Virus record (IMG/VR): IMGVR_UViG_3300043446_000421 | Coordinates: 4,220 to 68,219 of that record | DNA: 64,000 bases | Direction: 5' to 3' (one strand) | From: a virus | Shown here: piece by piece, positions 25,220 to 33,817 of the stretch | Layout: each line of letters opens with the position of its first letter | Position numbering within the stretch: position 1 is the stretch's first letter | Position numbers and translations under genes: made by a program | Notes under the pieces: generated by a model | Seen by the model: only the letters and a program-made list of their open reading frames with translations | What the model was told of the DNA's origin: nothing | Database searches by the model: none

Positions 25220-25453
25220 ATGAAAGCATTTCCATTTTCAGTTATGACCTATGAACCAAACCATCCAGATAGCCCAAGATACACAACAACATGGCATGAA
25301 GGAATGGACTTGCGCGATTACTTTGCAGCAAAGGCCATGAACGGCTTGATACACCACTTTGATTTTGCTACGTTCAGAGATGACCCGCTGCGAGTAGCGA
25401 GATGGGCATACGATGCAGCGGACGCGATGATGAAAGCAAGGAGTGAAACATGA
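25220..25453 (+). CDS. Conserved phage protein (GMxLRDYFAAKAM family)
   Basis: GMDLRDYFAAKAM...AYDAADAMMKAR. Confidence 0.75.
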   Translation: MKAFPFSVMTYEPNHPDSPRYTTTWHEGMDLRDYFAAKAMNGLIHHFDFATFRDDPLRVARWAYDAADAMMKARSET

Positions 25454-25773
25454 ACGCATTTTATAATCCATTCGGAACTGACCCCCATAAACTTGTACGG
25501 AGGGACGCGCCAGATACAAGCATAGAAGCCGCAGCCAACCTAGATACAACCGCTCTGGAATGGATTGTTTACAAGGCGATCCGCAGCTATGGCGAGCATG
25601 GGTGCATCAGTGATCAATTGCTCACTATGTTCCATACCTATCCTTACAGCAGCATCACGGCGCGGTATAGAGCGTTACTGGATAAAAACTTTATAGAAGA
25701 TACAGGTGAGCGTAGGCCGGGCAAGTCGGGGCGTAACCAGCGTGTTATGCGAGCCATCAAGCGAGGTGAATGA
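25450..25773 (+). CDS. Winged-helix-like phage protein
   Basis: PDTSIEAA...SSITARYRALLDKNFIEDTGERR..SGRNQRV. Confidence 0.65.
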   Translation: MNAFYNPFGTDPHKLVRRDAPDTSIEAAANLDTTALEWIVYKAIRSYGEHGCISDQLLTMFHTYPYSSITARYRALLDKNFIEDTGERRPGKSGRNQRVMRAIKRGE

Positions 25774-25873
25774 TGGAGACGTTTGCGCTAATCACAATGG
25801 CGGGAGGATTCCTGATGGGTGTGGGGGCTACCCTCCTCCTGTTTGGCGTGGTTTTTTATTTTTGGGGAAAGTA

Positions 25874-26095
25874 ATGCGACCATTAACAGCAACAGAAACA
25901 AAGTTGTTTACGCATCTGAAAAAGAAGTTTGGATTGAAGAACAGTGCGGAGTTGGCCAAGTTTATTGGGGTAAGTCCTGCGGCATTGAGCAAGATCCGAC
26001 ATGGTGTAAAGCCCTACACTGCCGAGTTTATTTTGGCGGTGTATGACGCAACCGGGATGTCCATCGAAGAGATTCGCAGACTGATCAAGGACTGA
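25874..26095 (+). CDS. XRE/Cro-family HTH regulator
   Basis: NSAELAKFIGVSPAALSKIRHG. Confidence 0.75.
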   Translation: MRPLTATETKLFTHLKKKFGLKNSAELAKFIGVSPAALSKIRHGVKPYTAEFILAVYDATGMSIEEIRRLIKD

Positions 26096-26096
26096 C

Positions 26097-26414
26097 ATGG
26101 CCAACACACCTGAAAAGAAAGTTAAGGACAAGGTTCGCAAGCTGCTGATGGACGCGAAAGCGTACGTCACTACACCCGCAACGCATGGGTACGGCACATC
26201 AGGAGTACCTGATATTCTGGTGTGTTATCACGGCAGGTTCATTGCCATCGAATGCAAGGCGGGCAGCAACAAACCTACAGCGTTACAGCTAAAGAACTTA
26301 TCCCAGATAGCTTCCGCAGGTGGGTATGCGCTGGTGGTCAACGAGGACAACATAGCGGATGTCGCGCTCACACTGGAGCGCATCGACAAAGATCGAAGCC
26401 ATGCCAAGAGCTAA
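26097..26414 (+). CDS. VRR-NUC / Holliday junction resolvase-like nuclease
   Basis: PEKKVK...GVPDILVCYHGRFIAIECKA...TALQ. Confidence 0.85.
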   Translation: MANTPEKKVKDKVRKLLMDAKAYVTTPATHGYGTSGVPDILVCYHGRFIAIECKAGSNKPTALQLKNLSQIASAGGYALVVNEDNIADVALTLERIDKDRSHAKS

Positions 26415-26643
26415 GAGCGTCAACACATTACGATGCCGCAAGCTGGACATGATTGACGTGCTAAGACGTTCGTATGCGTTGTCGTTACTGGAGTTGGCGA
26501 GACGGATGAAGATGAGTCCGCGCAGCATACGAAGATACCTGCATGAGTTGGAGAAAGACCGCCGCGTGTTCAAACACTACACATGGCCGAAAGCGGGGGC
26601 GAAGAAGCCCATCTATTACTACTCATTATCGAGGCGCAAATGA
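26401..26643 (+). CDS. Winged HTH protein
   Basis: SLLELARRMKMSPRSIRRYLHELE. Confidence 0.65.
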   Translation: MPRAKSVNTLRCRKLDMIDVLRRSYALSLLELARRMKMSPRSIRRYLHELEKDRRVFKHYTWPKAGAKKPIYYYSLSRRK

Positions 26644-27035
26644 ACGTAATCGCAGCACTTATAGAAAGAATGGGTCAGGCACCGGGAGAGTTTGCTATAG
26701 AGGGGTCATCTCGAAATACTCGCTGGGCGCACATAACAGATTGCATATATGAAGAAAGTAAGACAAGACCTTGTGTGTTTACCCAAGAAGAGATCGATGC
26801 ATATCTGACTGGCCTCGGCAAGGTTGTTCGCGCACAGATAGAAGAACAGATTTGCATAGAGATACTAAACCCACTACGCCCGGATAGGGGCGAACAGTTG
26901 GAGTTGTTTCCGGCGCAGAGCGCGTACCCGCCGGGAGGTAAACCGCTGACCATAAAACAAATAACAGCCGATGCATTGAAGATACTTGAAGATGAGCTGT
27001 ACAAAAATAGCAAACCAGAGAAACTAATCCTATGA
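26640..27035 (+). CDS. Hypothetical protein
   Basis: ATGA-coupled to both neighbours. Confidence 0.55.
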   Translation: MNVIAALIERMGQAPGEFAIEGSSRNTRWAHITDCIYEESKTRPCVFTQEEIDAYLTGLGKVVRAQIEEQICIEILNPLRPDRGEQLELFPAQSAYPPGGKPLTIKQITADALKILEDELYKNSKPEKLIL

Positions 27036-28855
27036 AAATAATTACAATCGATTTCGAGACGTACTACGGCAAAGCCCTTGGATTCAAAACACACACAACC
27101 GAAGAATACGTGCGTCACCCTGACTTTGAGGTGATTGGCGTTGGCATAAAGAAAGGGAAAGATGAAACGCAATGGTTCAGCGGGACTCACCAAGAGATAC
27201 AGGCATTCTTCAGCAAGTTCGACTGGGCAAACAACTACGTCCTCGCACACAACACCGCGTTTGATGGGGCAATACTGTCGTGGCTTTTTGGGATTACACC
27301 GAAAGGTTGGTTGGACACTCTTTCGATGGCACGTGCTATCCATGGCGTGGATGCAGGAGGTAGCCTTGCAGTATTGGCAGAGAGGTATGGAATTGGTAAG
27401 AAGGGCGAGGAAGTAACCAACGCGATAGAAAAACGCCGCAAAGACTTCTCACCAGAAGAACTCGCCCGGTATGGTGAGTATTGCTGTAATGATGTGGAGC
27501 TATGCTACGAGTTGTTCGACATCTTCATGCAATCTTTTCCGCTGGCGGAGCTTAAGGTTATAGACACAACGCTCAAGATGTTTGTGGAACCCATCCTCGA
27601 GTTGGATTTACCGTTGTTGGAGCAGCACTTAGAAGATGTTAAGGAGCGCAAGGAGAAGTTATTAGAAGCTGCCGCATCTGATATAGATGACTTAATGTCG
27701 AACGATAGGTTTGCGGAGTTGTTAAAGAAGCTGGGAGTTGAGCCACCCAAAAAGGTCAGCGCACGTACTGGCAAGGAAGCATGGGCATTCGCCAAGACGG
27801 ATGAAGAGTTCAAGAAACTTGCCGAACATCCCGACCCGAGGGTGCAAGCCTTGGTCGCAGCAAGATTGGGTAATAAGACTACACTGGAAGAGACACGTAC
27901 ACAACGCTTTATAGACATCGCTAAACGCGGGGCCATGCCGGTCCCATTAAAGTACTACGCCGCGCATACTGGACGCTGGGGTGGGGATGACAAGATCAAC
28001 CTGCAAAACCTGCCAAGCCGTGGGCAGAACGCAGGTAAATTAAAGAAGGCAATACGCGCCCCCAAGGGCTACGTGATGATCGATGCCGACTCTGCACAGA
28101 TCGAAGCGCGGACTCTTGCGTGGCTGGCTGAACAGTATGACTTGGTGGAGGCGTTTAAGAATGGTGAGGACGTATACAAGATCATGGCTAGTGCGATCTA
28201 CAATAAACCGGTTGAACAGATCACTAAGGAGGAAAGGTTCGTTGGAAAAACTACCATCCTCGGTTCAGGTTACGGCATGGGGGCGCAGAAGTTCCAAGAC
28301 CAACTTAAAACGTTTGGTACAGATATTTCACTTGCGGAAGCTCAACGGATCATATCGGTTTATCGGGAAACGTACCCCGCCATCCCTGCGCTCTGGACGG
28401 CATCGAGCCGGGCGCTAGACCACATCTTCAGGAACAAGCAGTACGCACTGGGCAAGCCGGGGGTCATCAAGGTAGACACGGAGAACTTTGGGTTCGTGCT
28501 GCCAAACGGGCTGCTCTTGCGGTATGATGGGTTCCAGAAGATTACGCAGGATGGCAAGGATCAATACATCTACAAGACCCGCAAAGGTGTGGTTAAAATC
28601 TACGGCGGCAAGGTGGTGGAGAATCTGTGTCAGGCCATCGCACGGTGTGTCATCGCAGAGCAGATGTTGAAAATCAGTAAACGATATAAAGTCGTGCTTA
28701 CTGTGCATGATGCCGTGGCTTGCGTGGCGAAGAAGGAAGAAGCGGACGAGGCTCGCGCTTATGTTGAGGAGTGTATGCGCTGGACCCCAGCATGGGCAGA
28801 GGGCTTACCATTGAACTGCGAATCAGGGATGGCAGAGAGTTATGGCGACTGCTAA
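27032..28855 (+). CDS. DNA polymerase family A with 3'-5' exonuclease
   Basis: IDFET exo I, HNTAFD exo II, NLQNLP, DSAQIEAR motif A, KTTILGSGYG motif B, TVHD motif C. Confidence 0.95.
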   Translation: MKIITIDFETYYGKALGFKTHTTEEYVRHPDFEVIGVGIKKGKDETQWFSGTHQEIQAFFSKFDWANNYVLAHNTAFDGAILSWLFGITPKGWLDTLSMARAIHGVDAGGSLAVLAERYGIGKKGEEVTNAIEKRRKDFSPEELARYGEYCCNDVELCYELFDIFMQSFPLAELKVIDTTLKMFVEPILELDLPLLEQHLEDVKERKEKLLEAAASDIDDLMSNDRFAELLKKLGVEPPKKVSARTGKEAWAFAKTDEEFKKLAEHPDPRVQALVAARLGNKTTLEETRTQRFIDIAKRGAMPVPLKYYAAHTGRWGGDDKINLQNLPSRGQNAGKLKKAIRAPKGYVMIDADSAQIEARTLAWLAEQYDLVEAFKNGEDVYKIMASAIYNKPVEQITKEERFVGKTTILGSGYGMGAQKFQDQLKTFGTDISLAEAQRIISVYRETYPAIPALWTASSRALDHIFRNKQYALGKPGVIKVDTENFGFVLPNGLLLRYDGFQKITQDGKDQYIYKTRKGVVKIYGGKVVENLCQAIARCVIAEQMLKISKRYKVVLTVHDAVACVAKKEEADEARAYVEECMRWTPAWAEGLPLNCESGMAESYGDC

Positions 28856-29099
28856 AGAGATAAGGGATAGGGCTATGGCTCGGGAGAACTTAGCCTTGTC
28901 CCTGCGGATGGAAAACCGTACGTATAAAGCAGTGAGCGAAGTGATGGGGCTAAGTATTGAACGTGTCCGGCAGTTAATTCTTAAATGCGAACGCAGGTGT
29001 AAGTACGAAGCCCAAAAACAAATACCCACAACAGACGAAGTTACTGCCCTGCTCCCGCATATAGATTCCATTAAAGCTATCTACGAAAATGACAGTTAA
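28842..29099 (+). CDS. Sigma70 region-4-like HTH protein
   Basis: RTYKAVSEVMGLSIERVRQL. Confidence 0.6.
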   Translation: MATAKEIRDRAMARENLALSLRMENRTYKAVSEVMGLSIERVRQLILKCERRCKYEAQKQIPTTDEVTALLPHIDSIKAIYENDS

Positions 29100-29757
29100 A
29101 TACACATGGTCGTACAGCGGCATCAGCCTGTTCAAGCAATGCCCGAAGAAGTATTACCGACTGAAGGTGCTGAAGGATGTTGTGGAGCCGCCGCAAGATC
29201 ACCTGACGTACGGGCTGGAGGTGCATAAGGCTGCGGAAGATTACATCCGTGACGGCACCCCCATCCCTGCAAAGTACGGGTTCATCCAAGAGCAGTTGGA
29301 CAAGCTGGCGAAGCTGCCGGGCACCAAGCTGTGCGAATACCAGATGGGTTTGACGAGAGAGTTCGAGCCATGCGCGTTCGACAGTAAAGATGTCTGGTGG
29401 CGTGGGATTGCTGACCTGATCATCATCGATGGGGACAGGGCATTCCTTGTGGATTATAAGACTGGCAAGTCCTCGAAGTATGCGGACACCGGGCAGCTAG
29501 AGTTACTGTCGTTAGCATTGTTTAAACACTTCCCGGAGGTGAAACGGGTCAAGGCCGGGCTGCTGTTCGTGGTGGCGAAAGACTTCGTCAAGGCTGAGTA
29601 TACGAATGAGAGCGGCAAGGGATGGGTAAAGTGGTTGCAGGATACGCACAGGCTGGAGGCCGCTATGCTGACCAACGTGTGGAACGAAACGCCAAATTTT
29701 ACTTGCAGGAGGCATTGTCCTGTTCTAGACTGTCTGCACAATGGCAAGGTTAGTTAA
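29089..29757 (+). CDS. PD-(D/E)XK RecB/Cas4-like exonuclease
   Basis: WSYS...CPKKY, GIADL, VDYKTG, QLELL, C-terminal CRRHCPV.C. Confidence 0.85.
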   Translation: MTVKYTWSYSGISLFKQCPKKYYRLKVLKDVVEPPQDHLTYGLEVHKAAEDYIRDGTPIPAKYGFIQEQLDKLAKLPGTKLCEYQMGLTREFEPCAFDSKDVWWRGIADLIIIDGDRAFLVDYKTGKSSKYADTGQLELLSLALFKHFPEVKRVKAGLLFVVAKDFVKAEYTNESGKGWVKWLQDTHRLEAAMLTNVWNETPNFTCRRHCPVLDCLHNGKVS

Positions 29758-29971
29758 GAAGCATATGCACCACGTGATGGTGTTTGCCGAGCCAAGGAAC
29801 CCGGAATACAAAGCCTTCTTTACCACGTACATTGCGCCGAAAGTCAGCATGGCAAAACGTTGGTTTAGTGAGGACTACCCTACCCTAAAGATCCGCAAGA
29901 TTGCGTCTATGGGTGTAAAGGAATACGAGATAGAAGCGAGTAAATACTATGCCCTATACGAAGAGTCCTAG
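29741..29971 (+). CDS. Hypothetical protein
   Basis: 76 aa ORF bridging two genes. Confidence 0.45.
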   Translation: MARLVKKHMHHVMVFAEPRNPEYKAFFTTYIAPKVSMAKRWFSEDYPTLKIRKIASMGVKEYEIEASKYYALYEES

Positions 29972-30260
29972 ACCGTACAAGCATGAGTACCAGATGGAGA
30001 AGAAGCGCAACGAACATCCTGATCGGATGGAGCGCCAGCGCGCTCGCCGTGCTTTGGATAAAACAGGCGCAGACAAGAATGGTAATGGCAAGGCCGATAA
30101 GCGTGAGGGTAAAGATGTTGCCCACGTGAAGGCGCTGTCCAAAGGTGGTACGAATAAAGACGGCGTACGCGTAGAAAGCGCCGCAAAGAATAGATCGTTT
30201 AAGCGCAGTTCGTCCGGTGCCTTGGTATCGGAAACAAGTAAGCGCGAGAAGAAAAAGTAA
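29949..30260 (+). CDS. Degenerate HNH-like small protein
   Basis: GKDVAHVKALSKGGTN...NRS. Confidence 0.65.
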   Translation: MPYTKSPRPYKHEYQMEKKRNEHPDRMERQRARRALDKTGADKNGNGKADKREGKDVAHVKALSKGGTNKDGVRVESAAKNRSFKRSSSGALVSETSKREKKK

Positions 30261-30592
30261 GACTACGGGGGGACAGTGGAAGGCGATAAAGGAGCTTTGG
30301 TCAGTTCACTTCTCGCTGGAAATACTCCCCCCACCCAAGAAGTTTGAAGATTGCCGGACGCGAAAACGTAAAGCGGACTAACCCAGAACCGGAAAGCCGT
30401 AGATTCTAGAACCTCTACGGTAGGCAAGATGGGGAAACGCAGTCTTCAAACTTGTTGGGAAAGCGGATGCTGCCGTGCGACTCACTGCCGCTGTGGTAGC
30501 CAGTGTGTATTGCAGACAGACGCAGCGAGTACCAACAACCTTTTTGGCTGGAATGAAAACTTCATTCCAGCCTGTTAGCCCTTGGAGAAGCA

Positions 30593-32140
30593 ATGCAGAT
30601 AATAGAAGACAAAGCGTTACTGCTGAAAGTCCGTGAGCCAAAGCGCATCACAGAAGTCATACCGAAGAGCAAGATGCTGGACAGTGGCGAGGTGCTGGTG
30701 AAGTGGGGGCTGGAGGAAGCACAGGTGCTGAAGAACCTGCGTATCAAGAACGTGCCTTCCCCGATTGTTGCCCACTATGATTGGCCGGGACTCCATAAAC
30801 CGTTTGCACACCAGAAGGAAACTGCTGCGTTCCTGACCCTACATCGACGAGCGTTCTGCTTTAACGAGCAGGGCACCGGGAAGACAGGCAGCGTGATCTG
30901 GGCGGCGGATTACCTGATGAAGTTGGGGATCATCAAGCGAGTTCTTATCCTGTGTCCTCTGTCCATCATGCAGTCAGCATGGCAAAACGATCTGTTCAAG
31001 TTCGCACTGCACCGCACCTGCGCCATCGCCCATAGCTACTCCAAAGACAAACGGATTGAAGCGGTTGAGAGTGATGCTGAGTTCGTGGTTTGCAATTACG
31101 ATGGGCTGGGGATTATTCAGGACGCTGTGAAAGAAGCTGAGTTTGATCTGGTTGTGATCGATGAAGCTAACGCCTATAAATCTGTTTCTACAAAGCGTTG
31201 GAAAATCCTCAACTCGGTGGTAAAGCCCAGCACTTGGGTCTGGATGTTGACAGGTACCCCGGCATCGCAATCGCCTACGGACGCATACGGTCTGGCGCGT
31301 ATTGTCAACCCAGCCTCGGTGCCAAAGTTCTTTGGGTCGTTCCGTGATCTGGTCATGCAGAAGATAACCACCTTCAAGTGGGTACCCAGACCACGTTCAG
31401 AAGACGTGGTGCATCAGGTGCTGCAACCTGCGATCCGGTTTACGAAAGAAGAATGCCTTGACCTACCGGAACTGACGTACACCACAAGGCAAGTGCCGCT
31501 CACCCCGCAGCAGATGAAATACTACGAGCACCTACGCAAGCACATGGTAGCGGTCGCAGCGGGAGAAGAAATCACGACGGTCAACGCAGCGGCTAACCTA
31601 AACAAGTTACTGCAACTCTCATGTGGCGCGGTCTATTCGGATAGTGGAGAGACAATTGCGTTTGACGCATCTAATCGTATCGAAGCGTTGAAGGAAGTTA
31701 TTGACGAGGCAAGCCACAAGGTGATCGTGTTTGTGCCCTACCGTCATAGCATCCAGATAATTAACGAGGAGCTAACGAAGAGCGGTTACTCCTGCGAGAT
31801 TATTAACGGAGAAGTATCAGCGAGGAAGCGCACAGATATATTTAATAAATTTCAAACAGAAGAGAACCCGCGAGTGCTGATCATTCAGCCGCAAGCAGCC
31901 TCACATGGTGTCACGTTGACTGCTGCTAACGTCGTGGTGTATTGGTCTCCTGTGATGTCTGTAGAAACTTATCTACAGTGTAACGCCCGTCCTCATCGTG
32001 CGGGGCAACGCAACCCAGTAACGATTGTGCATCTGCAAGGATCACCTGTAGAGAAACGTATGTACGCAATGTTGGAAGCGAAGATTGATATTCATTCCCG
32101 TGTTGTGGATCTCTACAAAAATTTATTAGAAGCCCCTTGA
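30593..32140 (+). CDS. SNF2-family helicase
   Basis: EQGTGKT, VIDEA, LTGTP, HGVTLT, QCNARPHRAGQ. Confidence 0.9.
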   Translation: MQIIEDKALLLKVREPKRITEVIPKSKMLDSGEVLVKWGLEEAQVLKNLRIKNVPSPIVAHYDWPGLHKPFAHQKETAAFLTLHRRAFCFNEQGTGKTGSVIWAADYLMKLGIIKRVLILCPLSIMQSAWQNDLFKFALHRTCAIAHSYSKDKRIEAVESDAEFVVCNYDGLGIIQDAVKEAEFDLVVIDEANAYKSVSTKRWKILNSVVKPSTWVWMLTGTPASQSPTDAYGLARIVNPASVPKFFGSFRDLVMQKITTFKWVPRPRSEDVVHQVLQPAIRFTKEECLDLPELTYTTRQVPLTPQQMKYYEHLRKHMVAVAAGEEITTVNAAANLNKLLQLSCGAVYSDSGETIAFDASNRIEALKEVIDEASHKVIVFVPYRHSIQIINEELTKSGYSCEIINGEVSARKRTDIFNKFQTEENPRVLIIQPQAASHGVTLTAANVVVYWSPVMSVETYLQCNARPHRAGQRNPVTIVHLQGSPVEKRMYAMLEAKIDIHSRVVDLYKNLLEAP

Positions 32141-32165
32141 CAGTGTATAAGTTAGATCCTATGCT
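32137..32165 (+). promoter_or_regulatory. Sigma70-type promoter
   Basis: TTGACA-17 bp-TATGCT. Confidence 0.7.
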
Positions 32166-32194
32166 GTAACTGTACTGCCCTTGGAGAAAATAAA

Positions 32195-32605
32195 ATGGAA
32201 GAAACTAAAGCAATACCAACTGATAAGTTGGTGAAGACGTATATTAAAATACGTGACGCTCGCAAAGAGTTAGCCGACAAGTATGAGCAAGAAGATACCC
32301 GACTCAAAGAAGCACTTGAGTCCATTGAGGATGAACTGCTCGAGGCTTGTAAACTGATCGGTGCAGATAGCATTCGCACTCCCTACGGTACCTTGACGCG
32401 TTCAGTGAAGAAACGATACTGGACAAACGATTGGTATTCGTTCCACGAGTTCATCAAAGAGCATGAAGCATATGGGGCTATGAACCTATTGGAGAAACGC
32501 ATCGCGCAAACCAATATGGCTACGTTCCTTGAGGATAACCCTGACTTGCATCCACCGGGGTTAAATGTTGATAGCCGTTATGCGGTTGTCGTTCGTCGTA
32601 AATAA
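32195..32605 (+). CDS. Conserved phage replication-module protein
   Basis: LVKTYIKIRD...SIRTPYGT...LLEKRIAQ...PPGL. Confidence 0.7.
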   Translation: MEETKAIPTDKLVKTYIKIRDARKELADKYEQEDTRLKEALESIEDELLEACKLIGADSIRTPYGTLTRSVKKRYWTNDWYSFHEFIKEHEAYGAMNLLEKRIAQTNMATFLEDNPDLHPPGLNVDSRYAVVVRRK

Positions 32606-32615
32606 GGAGAAGTAA

Positions 32616-33485
32616 ATGAGTGATCTCGCACTGCTAAATAAAAACCTTCCAGCCCACCTCAAGACCCTTGAGCTTGATGATGTAACCAAAGCCCTGATGG
32701 GTGGCGGTGGTGGTGATAACAAACGTATCTCCATCGAGGGGGGCGTCTGGAAGATGATGGTCAACGGTAAAGAAGTTGCCAAGAACGAAGACCGCACTAT
32801 GAACGTTGTGATCGTTGCTGCTGCACCGAAGAAGTCACGCACGTTCTACGCCGCTGCCTACAAGAAGGGTGTGGTTACCTCGCCTGATTGCTGGTCTGCT
32901 GATAGCGAAGTGCCTGATGCTAAAGCAAAGAACCCGCAGTCCAAGAAGTGCGCTGACTGCCCACAAAATATCAAAGGCTCTGGTCAGGGTGACTCCCGTG
33001 CTTGCCGCTTCTCGCAGCGTCTGGCAGTTGTCTTGGAGAATGATATTTCTGGGGATGTGTATCAATTGACGCTTCCTGCGACTTCTATCTGGAGCGAAAG
33101 CGCCAACGGTAAATGGGCACTGACTACCTACGCCAAGATGGTTGCAAGCAAAGGTATCCCAATCTCTTCAGTCGTTACCGAAATGCGTTTCGATACTGAT
33201 AGCGCTACACCGAAGATCACCTTCAAGGCCGTGCGTTATCTGGAAACAGAAGAGTTTGAGACCGCGCTCTCGCAGGGTAAGACCGATGCAGCAACCCGTG
33301 CAATTACCATGACGGTCGCACAAGCTGATGGTGTGAAAGAAGAAGCTGAAGAGTTTGAAACCGTTGCGGTAGAAGAAGCTCCGGCACCAGCAGCCGAACC
33401 TGTGAAACGCGCAAGCAAGAAAGAAGAAGCACCTGCGCCCAAGAAAGACGTAAGCGCAATCTTGGAAGAGTGGGACAATGAGTAA
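32616..33485 (+). CDS. Putative ssDNA-binding/recombination protein
   Basis: PDCWS...CADCPQN..GS...RACR; acidic C-terminal tail ending EEWDNE. Confidence 0.65.
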   Translation: MSDLALLNKNLPAHLKTLELDDVTKALMGGGGGDNKRISIEGGVWKMMVNGKEVAKNEDRTMNVVIVAAAPKKSRTFYAAAYKKGVVTSPDCWSADSEVPDAKAKNPQSKKCADCPQNIKGSGQGDSRACRFSQRLAVVLENDISGDVYQLTLPATSIWSESANGKWALTTYAKMVASKGIPISSVVTEMRFDTDSATPKITFKAVRYLETEEFETALSQGKTDAATRAITMTVAQADGVKEEAEEFETVAVEEAPAPAAEPVKRASKKEEAPAPKKDVSAILEEWDNE

Positions 33486-33717
33486 TGGGTACTCATTCCG
33501 ATTCGCTAGGGCTGTTAATTCTGCGGACACATCCAAGCTGGGTGTAGTGCTTGGAAACCTTTGCATAGAAAAAGATATCCCTGCGTCAGATGTGGCGCAG
33601 TACTTTGGTGTGACCCGTGCAACTATCTACAATTGGTTCAAGGGCACTACCAACGTACCGCCGTCACATCAGGAAGCAGTAGCAAAGGTCGTTGCTCAGA
33701 TGTTGGGCAAGTCCTAG
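33478..33717 (+). CDS. Cro-like HTH protein
   Basis: ASDVAQYFGVTRATIYNWFKG. Confidence 0.75.
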   Translation: MSNGYSFRFARAVNSADTSKLGVVLGNLCIEKDIPASDVAQYFGVTRATIYNWFKGTTNVPPSHQEAVAKVVAQMLGKS

Positions 33718-33817
33718 TACAGGTTAAGGAGGCTAGGGAGCGCACCCGAAGAGGGTAGTTCGCCGTCACTATCCCTGCCTACCTTATTTTAAAAAGACGG
33801 TGAATCACGAGGCGGCT

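Noticed and set aside
29089-29757. Cas4-like nuclease as an adaptation component of the array system
   Set aside because: It is 6 kb away in the standard PolA/SNF2 replication module, where such exonucleases are common.
30260-30590. tRNA genes
   Set aside because: No clear TTC-loop or cloverleaf recognised; kept only as a generic structured-RNA candidate.
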